A stretch of DNA of 64,000 nt from Flavobacteriaceae bacterium (GTDB lineage: Bacteria > Bacteroidota > Bacteroidia > Flavobacteriales > Flavobacteriaceae), in the NCBI GenBank assembly GCA_018646605.1, contig JABGUL010000015.1, forward strand, positions 12,688 through 76,687. The letters are read 5' to 3'. The notes beneath the pieces were generated by a model. That model worked only from the letters and a program-made list of their open reading frames with translations. It was not told the DNA's origin and did no database searches. Within the stretch, counting starts at the first letter, position 1. Every line of letters starts with the position of its first letter. This document shows, piece after piece, positions 39,760 to 48,635 of the stretch. Both the position numbers and the translations under genes were made by a program.

Positions 39760-39956
39760 CGTTTTTTTATCTTTTGGGCTACTCGTTTCGAGAGCATTAA
39801 AATAAGTAGCAATAAAAAGGCGCTTGCAGAAGCCATTACTCCAATAACTGCCACACTGCTTTTGCCAACTAAAGGGTCTGTCCAATTGACTTGCGTAAGA
39901 TTAAAAATGCAGCCCGCTAAAGCTAAAACCATAAATAAAGGAAGTAATATTCTCAT
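39756..39956 (-). CDS. Small membrane/lipoprotein-like protein, function unknown
   Basis: 66 aa. Lipobox-like LALAGC, a second hydrophobic helix and a basic tail (KIKKR). Overlaps the convergent peptidase gene by 4 nt. Coding status is uncertain. Confidence 0.4.
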   Translation of the reverse strand: MRILLPLFMVLALAGCIFNLTQVNWTDPLVGKSSVAVIGVMASASAFLLLLILMLSKRVAQKIKKR

Positions 39957-39976
39957 AGTGCAAAGATATGATTTTG

Positions 39977-40543
39977 CTATAGTTGTCCTATGTTGGTTGT
40001 GAATAATTTTACTGCAATAGCTAACAAAATGATTCCAAAAACCTTTTGAATAATTACAATACCTGATTTACCAAGAATCCGTTTAATCAGCTCTGAGGAT
40101 TTGAGAATGATATAAACAAAAATAATATTGATTACAATTGCAGCAATGATATTGGCTACATCAAATTCAGCTCTTAAGGAAAGTAAGGAAGTCATTGTTC
40201 CTGCTCCTGCAATCATGGGAAATGCAATTGGCACTATTGAAGCTGTTTCAGGGGCTTCATTTCGAAAAAGAGTAATTCCTAAAATCATTTCTAGGGCTAA
40301 AAACAAAATTACTAAAGAGCCAGCTACTGCAAAAGAGTTAATGTCAATTCCGATGAGTTTTAATATTTCCTCCCCCAAAAATAAAAAGCCTATCATAATC
40401 ACTGCAGCAATGAAAGAAGCTTTTTCAGACTCAATACGGCCTACTTTTTCTCGAAGTGTAATGATTAATGGGACACTACCTAGAATATTAATTACAGCAA
40501 AAAGAATAAGACTAGCAGTTAAAATTTCTTTAATATCAAACAT
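39977..40543 (-). CDS. MarC-family (UPF0056) integral membrane protein
   Basis: 188 aa, 6 hydrophobic segments. N-terminal FAVINILGSVPL is typical of the MarC family. Confidence 0.8.
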   Translation of the reverse strand: MFDIKEILTASLILFAVINILGSVPLIITLREKVGRIESEKASFIAAVIMIGFLFLGEEILKLIGIDINSFAVAGSLVILFLALEMILGITLFRNEAPETASIVPIAFPMIAGAGTMTSLLSLRAEFDVANIIAAIVINIIFVYIILKSSELIKRILGKSGIVIIQKVFGIILLAIAVKLFTTNIGQL

Positions 40544-40625
40544 GGTTTGTAATTTTCTGCAAATGTAGATTCATTCTGCATATCTAGAGGTTTTAATTGC
40601 TTATTTTTACGTTAAAATAGGAAAC

Positions 40626-41192
40626 ATGCTTGCGATAGAAAATACCCTCATTTCTGACACTGTCATTTCAGAAGATTTTGTCTGTAATATCTCTAAATGC
40701 AAGGGCGAATGTTGTGTGGCAGGAGAGGCTGGAGCCCCCCTTGAGAAAGAAGAAGTGATTTTTTTGGAGCAGCATTATTCAAAAATTAAACCTTACCTAA
40801 ATAAAAAAGGAATTGCTGCAATTGAAGAACAAGGTGTTTTTGTGAAAGGAATTGACGGTGATTTTGAAACCCCACTAGTGAAAGGTAAAGAATGTGCTTA
40901 CACGGTCTTTTCGGAAACAGGTACTGCCTCATGTGGTATTGAAAAGGCTCATAACAAAGGGGTGATTGATTTTCAGAAACCTATTTCATGTCATCTATAT
41001 CCTGTTCGGATACAAACATACGATACAATGACAGCTGTGAATTATCACAGTTGGTCCATTTGTTCAGACGCATGTGATTTTGGAAAAGCACTAAAGATTC
41101 CTGTATATCAATTTGTAAAAACTGCTCTCATTAGAAAGTTTGGATCGGATTGGTATGATGCTCTCGAGCAACATACGAAAAAGACCTCCTAA
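40626..41192 (+). CDS. Cys-rich DUF3109-like protein (CxxCxxCC-type metal-binding motif)
   Basis: 188 aa. CNISKCKGECCV cluster plus further conserved Cys residues (ASCGIEKAH, ISCHLYP, CSDAC). Confidence 0.6.
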   Translation: MLAIENTLISDTVISEDFVCNISKCKGECCVAGEAGAPLEKEEVIFLEQHYSKIKPYLNKKGIAAIEEQGVFVKGIDGDFETPLVKGKECAYTVFSETGTASCGIEKAHNKGVIDFQKPISCHLYPVRIQTYDTMTAVNYHSWSICSDACDFGKALKIPVYQFVKTALIRKFGSDWYDALEQHTKKTS

Positions 41193-41418
41193 TGACGTTT
41201 TAATGTTTTAAGGGGCTGCGAACGTTTATTCCAATTAAGTACCTATATAACAGTCTGTTATACTTTTTTGTTTTTTCAGGAAATATTTAATAAAAAGGGT
41301 ATTTTGTTAAAAACTAGGCTCCATTGTGGAAAAGTAACCCTTTCTATTTTGGATACAATTTCGAATCTTTGTGAAAGCAGAATCAAACAATTTTTAATTA
41401 AAATAATAAAACAGCAAA

Positions 41419-42396
41419 ATGGCAGCAGTAGAACCTATTCTCCAAGAAAATGAAAATCGATTTGTAATCTTTCCAATTAAACACCATGATATTTGGGAAT
41501 GGTATAAAAAAATGGAGGCAAGTTTTTGGACTGCAGAAGAGATTGACTTACATCAAGATCTTACGGATTGGAATACTAAGTTGACAGAAGACGAAAAATA
41601 TTTCATAAAACATATTCTTGCATTTTTTGCTGCTTCAGATGGTATTGTAAATGAAAATCTTGCTGAGAATTTTGTAAATGAAGTTCAATATTCAGAGGCT
41701 AAATTTTTCTACGGATTTCAAATAATGATGGAAAACATCCATTCTGAAACCTACTCTTTGTTGATTGATACATACGTAAAAGACGATGTGGAAAAAGATC
41801 GTCTTTTTAAAGCCATTGAAGTGTTTCCTGCGATCAAAAAGAAAGCAGATTGGGCATTACGTTGGATTGATTCTGATTCTTTTGCGGAACGTCTTATTGC
41901 TTTCGCTGCCGTAGAGGGTATTTTCTTTTCAGGTGCTTTCTGCTCAATCTATTGGTTAAAAAAACGTGGCCTTATGCCTGGATTAACCTTCTCAAATGAG
42001 TTAATCTCCAGAGATGAGGGAGTGCATTGTGATTTTGCAGTACACTTACACAACCATCATTTGGTGAATAAAGTCCCTCCTGCCCGTATAAAAGAAATTC
42101 TTTTAGATGCCTTGACTATAGAACGCGAATTTATTACAGAGTCATTACCCATCAGTTTGATAGGGATGAATGCTAAACTCATGACTCAATATTTAGAGTT
42201 TGTTACGGATCGATTGTTGCAAGAGTTAGGTTTAGAAAAAGAATTTAACGTTACTAACCCGTTTGACTTCATGGACATGATTTCTCTTCAAGGAAAAACA
42301 AACTTCTTTGAAAAGCGTGTTGGTGAATACCAAAAGGCTGGAGTCCTGAACAGTGAAGATCAAGAAACAAAAATTAGTTTTGACGCTGATTTTTAA
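41419..42396 (+). CDS. nrdB: Ribonucleoside-diphosphate reductase beta subunit (class Ia, eukaryote-like R2)
   Basis: 325 aa. [31 protein letters not shown], and [16 protein letters not shown] with the radical Tyr and metal ligands. Confidence 0.94.
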   Translation: MAAVEPILQENENRFVIFPIKHHDIWEWYKKMEASFWTAEEIDLHQDLTDWNTKLTEDEKYFIKHILAFFAASDGIVNENLAENFVNEVQYSEAKFFYGFQIMMENIHSETYSLLIDTYVKDDVEKDRLFKAIEVFPAIKKKADWALRWIDSDSFAERLIAFAAVEGIFFSGAFCSIYWLKKRGLMPGLTFSNELISRDEGVHCDFAVHLHNHHLVNKVPPARIKEILLDALTIEREFITESLPISLIGMNAKLMTQYLEFVTDRLLQELGLEKEFNVTNPFDFMDMISLQGKTNFFEKRVGEYQKAGVLNSEDQETKISFDADF

Positions 42397-42467
42397 TTTA
42401 AGTAAACCAAAAACCAATTATCCTTCCAAGTTTTAGAAGAATTCAATAATTAATTAAATCTCAAAGT

Positions 42468-44912
42468 ATGTTTGTTCTCAAAAGAGATGGTCGTAAAGAG
42501 CCCATCATGTTCGATAAAATAACCGCCCGCATTCGTAAGTTGAATTATGGATTAAATCCATTAGTAGATCCTGTTCGTGTTGCCATGCGAGTTATTGAAG
42601 GATTATATGATGGTGTGACGACATCTGAATTGGACAATCTTGCAGCTGAAATTGCTGCAACAATGACTACAACTCATCCGGATTACGCAAAATTAGCAGC
42701 TCGTATTTCGGTTTCTAACTTACATAAAAACACCAAAAAGTCGTTTTCGGAAACGATGACAGACCTTTATAAATATGTCAATCCCAGAACTGGGAAAAAG
42801 GCACCTTTACTTTCTGATGAGGTGCATGACATTATTCAGAAAAATGCTGATAAACTAGATTCAAGTATCATATACAACCGAGATTTTGGATATGACTTTT
42901 TTGGATTTAAAACGTTAGAGCGTTCTTATTTATTAAAACTGAATGGAGTTATAGTGGAACGTCCCCAACATATGTTGATGCGTGTTTCTATTGGAATTCA
43001 TTTAGAAGATATTGAAGCAGCCCTTGAGACATACGAGTTAATGTCCAAGCGATATTTCACTCATGCAACCCCTACTTTGTTCAATTCAGGAACACCTAAA
43101 CCACAAATGTCATCTTGTTTTTTATTGACCATGAAAGATGATAGTATTGATGGAATTTATGATACCCTAAAACAAACAGCGAAAATTTCTCAGTCAGCTG
43201 GAGGAATTGGACTTTCTATTCACAATGTAAGAGCCACAGGTTCTTATATTGCTGGAACCAATGGAACATCAAATGGAATTGTTCCGATGCTACGAGTTTT
43301 TAATGATACTGCACGTTATGTGGATCAAGGAGGAGGAAAGCGAAAAGGATCGTTTGCAATTTATGTTGAACCGTGGCATGCAGACATCTTTGACTTTTTA
43401 GAATTAAAAAAGAACCATGGAAAAGAAGAGATGCGTGCGCGTGATTTATTTTACGCAATGTGGACTCCAGATTTATTCATGAAACGAGTAGAAGAAAACG
43501 CAGATTGGACATTAATGTGTCCTAATGAATGCCCTGATTTATATAATGTTCACGGGGATGAATTTGATGCAATGTACCTCAAGTACGAATCAGAAGGACG
43601 TGGTAGAAGAACTATAAAGGCACGTGAACTTTGGGAGAAAATTTTAGAATCTCAAATTGAAACAGGTACGCCATACATGCTATACAAGGATGCGGCAAAT
43701 AGAAAATCCAATCAAAAGAATCTAGGTACAATACGTTCATCAAACTTATGTACTGAGATCATGGAATATACAGCCCCCGATGAGGTTGCAGTATGTAATT
43801 TGGCCTCTATCGCATTGCCAATGTTTGTGAAAGACGGAGCTTTTGATCATCAAGCACTTTATGATGTTACGGTACGAGTAACTAAAAATTTAAACCGAGT
43901 GATTGACCGTAATTACTATCCTGTAATTGAGGCTCAAAACTCAAACTTTAGACACCGTCCTGTGGGACTTGGGGTTCAAGGATTGGCTGATGCGTTCATT
44001 ATGCTTCGCCTACCATTTACCTCTGATGAAGCCAAAAAGCTAAATCAAGAAATTTTTGAAACGCTTTATTTTGCGGCTGTCACAGCTTCTTCTGAAGAAG
44101 CTAAAAGGGAAGGACCATATGAAACGTACAAAGGTTCTCCTATTGCAAATGGTGAATTTCAGCATAATTTATGGGGTATCAAAGATGAAGAGTTAAGCGG
44201 ACGATGGGATTGGGCAGCGCTTCGTAAAACGGTTAAAAAACAAGGAGTGAGAAATTCACTTTTAGTAGCTCCTATGCCTACGGCAAGTACCTCTCAGATT
44301 TTGGGAAATAATGAATGTTTTGAACCCTATACTTCTAACATCTATACACGACGTGTACTTTCTGGAGAGTTTATTGTTGTCAATAAACATCTTTTGGAAG
44401 ACCTTGTAGACCGAGGATTATGGAATGAGGACATGAAACAAGAACTAATGCGTAATAACGGTTCTGTTCAAAGTATCGAAGGGATTCCAGAAGATTTGAA
44501 AGAATTATACAAGACGGTTTGGGAAATGAGTATGAAAGACATTATAGACATGTCACGCCAACGTGGATATTTTATTGATCAATCTCAATCATTGAATTTG
44601 TTTATGGAAGGGGCAACGATGGCTAAATTAACTTCAATGCATTTTTACGGATGGAAATCAGGTCTAAAAACAGGAATGTATTATCTAAGGACAAAGTCTG
44701 CTGTGGATGCTATTAAATTCACTTTAGACACTAAGTCAAAAGCGAAAGTTCCAGAGGTAGAAGCAGCTGTAGGAGCTGTTTCAACCGCAACAGCAGGAAA
44801 AGCAGCCCAAGCTCCGGTTCCGGTAGAGCCATTGTCTCCTCAAGAATTAAAGCAAATGTTAGCCCAAGCCAAAGAAGGTGAGGATGATGATTGTTTGATG
44901 TGCGGTTCTTAG
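42468..44912 (+). CDS. nrdA: Ribonucleoside-diphosphate reductase alpha subunit (class Ia, with N-terminal ATP-cone)
   Basis: 814 aa. ATP-cone start ([16 protein letters not shown]), active-site SNLCTEI and a C-terminal redox-shuttle pair (CLMCGS). Confidence 0.94.
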   Translation: MFVLKRDGRKEPIMFDKITARIRKLNYGLNPLVDPVRVAMRVIEGLYDGVTTSELDNLAAEIAATMTTTHPDYAKLAARISVSNLHKNTKKSFSETMTDLYKYVNPRTGKKAPLLSDEVHDIIQKNADKLDSSIIYNRDFGYDFFGFKTLERSYLLKLNGVIVERPQHMLMRVSIGIHLEDIEAALETYELMSKRYFTHATPTLFNSGTPKPQMSSCFLLTMKDDSIDGIYDTLKQTAKISQSAGGIGLSIHNVRATGSYIAGTNGTSNGIVPMLRVFNDTARYVDQGGGKRKGSFAIYVEPWHADIFDFLELKKNHGKEEMRARDLFYAMWTPDLFMKRVEENADWTLMCPNECPDLYNVHGDEFDAMYLKYESEGRGRRTIKARELWEKILESQIETGTPYMLYKDAANRKSNQKNLGTIRSSNLCTEIMEYTAPDEVAVCNLASIALPMFVKDGAFDHQALYDVTVRVTKNLNRVIDRNYYPVIEAQNSNFRHRPVGLGVQGLADAFIMLRLPFTSDEAKKLNQEIFETLYFAAVTASSEEAKREGPYETYKGSPIANGEFQHNLWGIKDEELSGRWDWAALRKTVKKQGVRNSLLVAPMPTASTSQILGNNECFEPYTSNIYTRRVLSGEFIVVNKHLLEDLVDRGLWNEDMKQELMRNNGSVQSIEGIPEDLKELYKTVWEMSMKDIIDMSRQRGYFIDQSQSLNLFMEGATMAKLTSMHFYGWKSGLKTGMYYLRTKSAVDAIKFTLDTKSKAKVPEVEAAVGAVSTATAGKAAQAPVPVEPLSPQELKQMLAQAKEGEDDDCLMCGS

Positions 44913-44959
44913 TATATCAACAATTTGGAAAAAATATTGTTTAAATATGATGAATATGG

Positions 44960-44990
44960 TAATGTTTTGGTAACATTAACTTAATGTTTT
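44960..44990 (+). promoter_or_regulatory. Direct repeat TAATGTTTT x2 with 22-nt register, bracketing an AATGTT/AACATT palindrome. Candidate operator upstream of the porin-PiT genes
   Basis: TAATGTTTT occurs at 44960..44968 and 44982..44990, with TTAACTTAA at 44976..44984. The site lies about 60-90 nt upstream of the ATG at 45049. Confidence 0.3.
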
Positions 44991-45048
44991 ATTGCAACTT
45001 TTGTTTTTGTTTAAAAACACTAGTCATCTAGTTAAAATAAATTTCATC

Positions 45049-46257
45049 ATGAATAAAACAATTCAATCTTTTTTTTTACTGTTTGTTGGTTTACTTTCAA
45101 TTGTTCAAGCACAAGAAATAAGTGACACTAAATTTGGAAAAGGAATGATAAATTTCATTGCAAAGGACAGTTCCTTTAGTGTGAAATTTGCTCCAAGAAT
45201 CCAATCCCGTTTTCAAAGCCAATGGGACTATAACGAAGAAGAATATGATGATGCAGAGCTCAATTTTTTAGTTAGAAGAGCACGTTTAAAGTTTGGAGGC
45301 TTTGCTTTTACTCCAAAGTTAAAGTACAAAATTGAGTTGGGACTTTCCAATCGAGATCTTTCAGGAGCCAGTGTTTATAACAGAAATACACCTCGATATA
45401 TCTTAGATGCGGTTGTGATGTGGAATTTTCACGAAAATTTTGAACTATGGGCGGGTCAAACAAAATTACCAGGTAACATAGAGCGCGTTGTATCATCAGC
45501 AAACCTTCAGTTGATAGATCGATCTTTGTTAAACAGTAAGTTCAATATTGACCGAGATATGGGCATCCAATTACGGCACAAAACTAAATTGGGAGGAAAC
45601 TGGATATCAAGAGAAAAATTTTCAATTTCTCAGGGAGAAGGGAGAAACATAACGGAAGGTAATATCGGAGGTCTTCAGTATACCTCCCGACTTGAATTAC
45701 TTCCTTTTGGTGAATTTTCTTCTAAAGGAGATTATTCCCAAGGTGATTTAAAACGTGAAAAATCAATCAAAGCCATGTTCGGATTCACCTACGATATTAA
45801 TAATAATGCAGTAAAGAATAGAAGTAATATGGGATCTTATATGACCCAATCCAATGGTGGTCTTTTTGAAACAGACATCACTACAGTCTTTATTGATGGC
45901 GTTATAAAATATAACGGATTTGCATTAACTGGGGAATATGCCAGCAGAAACGCCGATACAATCGAAGCGCTTGAGGCAGACGGTAGAACAAAAACAGGGG
46001 CAGTTGTAGGGGCTGGGTCAGCTATCAATTTTCAGGGGAGTTATCTTTTTAAAAATAATGTAGAAATGACTTTAAGGTATACGAATGTAGACTTCAAGGA
46101 AGTAACACGGCTTTCTGATTTACAACAAATCACCTATGGAATATCAAAATATGTTGTTGGTCATAGTCTCAAGATTCAGGCAGATCTTAGTTTTTCACAA
46201 TCTAGTTCAATGAGAGATTTTGTGCTTTTCAGAACAGGATTTGACCTTCATTTTTAA
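45049..46257 (+). CDS. Outer-membrane porin, probably of the phosphate-selective porin O/P family
   Basis: Signal peptide ending VQAQ, beta-strand-rich sequence ending in DLHF. Sits immediately upstream of a phosphate transporter gene. Start taken at the ATG at 45049. Confidence 0.65.
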   Translation: MNKTIQSFFLLFVGLLSIVQAQEISDTKFGKGMINFIAKDSSFSVKFAPRIQSRFQSQWDYNEEEYDDAELNFLVRRARLKFGGFAFTPKLKYKIELGLSNRDLSGASVYNRNTPRYILDAVVMWNFHENFELWAGQTKLPGNIERVVSSANLQLIDRSLLNSKFNIDRDMGIQLRHKTKLGGNWISREKFSISQGEGRNITEGNIGGLQYTSRLELLPFGEFSSKGDYSQGDLKREKSIKAMFGFTYDINNNAVKNRSNMGSYMTQSNGGLFETDITTVFIDGVIKYNGFALTGEYASRNADTIEALEADGRTKTGAVVGAGSAINFQGSYLFKNNVEMTLRYTNVDFKEVTRLSDLQQITYGISKYVVGHSLKIQADLSFSQSSSMRDFVLFRTGFDLHF

Positions 46258-46317
46258 TATTATAATAACATAGCAATTCTAAATAAAACGCATCTTTACC
46301 TAAATTAATTTTTTCTT

Positions 46318-48558
46318 ATGGATAATATATATTTGTTAATGTTAGTCGCTCTCGCAGTACTTGCGGTAATCGATATTGTTGTTGGTGTCAGTAATGATGC
46401 AATCAACTTTTTAAATTCAGCAATTGGTTCTAAGGCTATTTCTTTAAGAACAATAATGATTGTTGCGAGCTTAGGAATTTTTATTGGAGCTGTTTTTTCA
46501 AGTGGAATGATGGAAGTTGCAAGGAAGGGTATTTTTAATCCAGGAGCTTTCTATTTTGATGAAATTATGGTCATTTTTATGGCAGTAATCATTACAGATA
46601 TTTTATTGCTAGACTTTTTTAATACGCTAGGATTGCCAACCTCTACTACCGTATCTATTGTTTTTAATCTTTTGGGAGCCTCTATAGTTATGTCCCTCAT
46701 AAAAATTGGAGCTTCGGATTCGGAAACCTTTGCAGATTTAAGTAATTATATTAACACGGACAAAGCGATTACGATTATCAGTGGAATCTTATTGTCGGTA
46801 GTAATTGCCTTTTCTGTTGGGGCTTTTGTTCAGTGGATCTCAAGAATGATTTTCACCTTTCAATTTGAGAAAAAAATTAAAAATTTTGGTGCTTTTTTTG
46901 GAGGTATCGCGCTTACATCAATTACTTATTTTATTTTCATAAAGGGTTTAAAAGGTACCCCTTATTACAAGGACCTCTCAGGAATCTTAAAAAATAATGA
47001 GCTACTTATCGTATTTGTGGCTTTTATAATTTTAACTGTGTTCTCTTATTTATTTCAAAAAATCTCACAAAAAAGTATTTTACTGGTAATTATTTTAGTT
47101 GGAACATTTGGATTGGCACTTGCCTTTTCTGGAAATGATTTAGTAAACTTTATTGGGGTTTCAATGGCTGCCTATCATTCTTATGAAGCGTGGAGTATTT
47201 CAGGGATCGACCCTACCTTATTCTCTATGGAAGTTTTGGATAAGAAAGTTCCCGCAGAACCTCTTTTATTATTTATAGCTGGAGGAATTATGGTTGTAAC
47301 CCTATGGTTTTCTAAAAAGGCAAAGTCTGTAGCTGAGACAGAAATTGGTCTTTCTAGACAAAATGATACCCATGAAAAATTTAACCCAAATATGTTGTCT
47401 AGAGGACTTGTAAATGTATTTTTTGGGATGTCTTCTGCCTTTGGATCTGCAATGCCAGAATCTATAAAAGCTAAAATTGAGAAAAGTTACGAGCGACAAA
47501 GTGCTTTTTTAATTTCTAAAGACCAAAGTGTGAATGCTCCCGCTTTTGATATGATTAGAGCCTCCGTAAACCTTATGGTTGCTGGTGTTTTAATTTCCAT
47601 AGCAACAGCAATGAAACTTCCCTTATCAACAACCTATGTAACTTTTATGGTCGCGATGGGTACTTCTCTAGCTGATAGAGCTTGGGGTAGAGAGAGTGCT
47701 GTATATCGTGTTGCTGGTGTTGTTAACGTAATAGGTGGTTGGTTCCTTACAGCTCTAGCTGCACTTGCTGCTTCAGGTATCGTTGTCTTTTTAATTCAGT
47801 GGAATAAAGTAACAATGATTCCTGTATTATTGCTTTTGACAATAGTTTTATTAGCTAGAAACTTTATTGCTCATAAAAACAAAACGACCACATTAGACCC
47901 CAAACAATTGAAAAAATCTGAGAGTAGTACCGTCCAAGGAATTATTTCAGAAAGTGCAGATAACATTGTGAATGTTATTTCTAGAACATCTAAAATTTAC
48001 GCTAACTTTTTGGAAGGTCTTTCCACGCAAAATTCAGATTTGCTCAAAAAGAGTAAAAAAGGAGTTGATAAATTAGACAGTGAAATTGAAGATTTAAGAG
48101 ATAATATTTTCTTCTTTATTAAGAATCTTGACGAGACCAGTGTGAGAGGGAGTAATTTTTATATTACAATTTTAGCTTACCTAACAGATATTGCACAGTC
48201 GTTAGATTTTATCTCAAAAAAGAGTTACAAACATGTAAATAATCAACATCAAAAACTAAAATTCAATCAATTTAAAGATCTTAAGGAGATTGAAGATCGT
48301 TTAGCACATTTGTACAAAGAGATAATAGATGTTTTTATGAGTAGAAAATTCGAAAGAATCTCTTTTATCATTGCTCAAAAAGAAGAGTTGGTTTCTTTTA
48401 TTTCTGAAAAAATTGATGCTCAAATTGATCGGACACGAACAGAAGAATCTAGTCCAAAAAACACAACTTTGTATTTTAATATATTACTGGAAACCAAAGA
48501 TTTATTAAATAGTATAATGTCTTTGATGGATGAGTATTACAGTAGTTATAAAAAATAA
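46318..48558 (+). CDS. PiT-family inorganic phosphate transporter with a long soluble helical C-terminal extension
   Basis: 746 aa. PiT signature GVSNDAINFLNSAIGS with a second repeat GNDLVNFIG, about 12 TM segments, then about 230 aa of hydrophilic helical sequence. Confidence 0.8.
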   Translation: MDNIYLLMLVALAVLAVIDIVVGVSNDAINFLNSAIGSKAISLRTIMIVASLGIFIGAVFSSGMMEVARKGIFNPGAFYFDEIMVIFMAVIITDILLLDFFNTLGLPTSTTVSIVFNLLGASIVMSLIKIGASDSETFADLSNYINTDKAITIISGILLSVVIAFSVGAFVQWISRMIFTFQFEKKIKNFGAFFGGIALTSITYFIFIKGLKGTPYYKDLSGILKNNELLIVFVAFIILTVFSYLFQKISQKSILLVIILVGTFGLALAFSGNDLVNFIGVSMAAYHSYEAWSISGIDPTLFSMEVLDKKVPAEPLLLFIAGGIMVVTLWFSKKAKSVAETEIGLSRQNDTHEKFNPNMLSRGLVNVFFGMSSAFGSAMPESIKAKIEKSYERQSAFLISKDQSVNAPAFDMIRASVNLMVAGVLISIATAMKLPLSTTYVTFMVAMGTSLADRAWGRESAVYRVAGVVNVIGGWFLTALAALAASGIVVFLIQWNKVTMIPVLLLLTIVLLARNFIAHKNKTTTLDPKQLKKSESSTVQGIISESADNIVNVISRTSKIYANFLEGLSTQNSDLLKKSKKGVDKLDSEIEDLRDNIFFFIKNLDETSVRGSNFYITILAYLTDIAQSLDFISKKSYKHVNNQHQKLKFNQFKDLKEIEDRLAHLYKEIIDVFMSRKFERISFIIAQKEELVSFISEKIDAQIDRTRTEESSPKNTTLYFNILLETKDLLNSIMSLMDEYYSSYKK

Positions 48559-48577
48559 GTATTAAAATATAATTTAT

Positions 48578-48610
48578 AAAAAAAGGGGTTCCAACGGAAC
48601 CCCTTTTTTT
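48578..48610. terminator. Bidirectional intrinsic terminator
   Basis: AAAAAAA-GGGGTTCC-AAC-GGAACCCC-TTTTTTT: a perfect 8-bp GC-rich stem flanked by an A-run and a T-run, between convergent genes ending at 48558 and 48636. Confidence 0.9.
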
Positions 48611-48635
48611 AATTTCTAAATTATAGAAATTCATA

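Noticed and set aside
40128-40568. 146-aa ORF on the plus strand, antisense to the MarC gene. Similar long antisense ORFs occur at 9878..10258, 11488..11817, 18623..18913, 10393..10644 and 52469..52717.
   Set aside because: Each lies entirely inside, and antisense to, a well-supported conserved gene. Their translations are low-complexity or hydrophobic mirror images with no recognisable motifs. They are typical shadow ORFs in AT-rich DNA.
41193-41418. Cobalamin riboswitch or NrdR boxes in the long nrdB leader.
   Set aside because: By eye I could find neither a B12-box-like core nor a pair of NrdR-type palindromes. Only an AT-rich hairpin is present, and it is more simply explained as the terminator of the upstream gene. 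A covariance-model scan is needed for certainty.
41268-41453. 61-aa ORF in the nrdB upstream region that overlaps the nrdB start.
   Set aside because: It has no recognisable motif, a Lys/Ile-rich composition typical of AT-rich non-coding DNA, and it overlaps the well-supported nrdB start in another frame.
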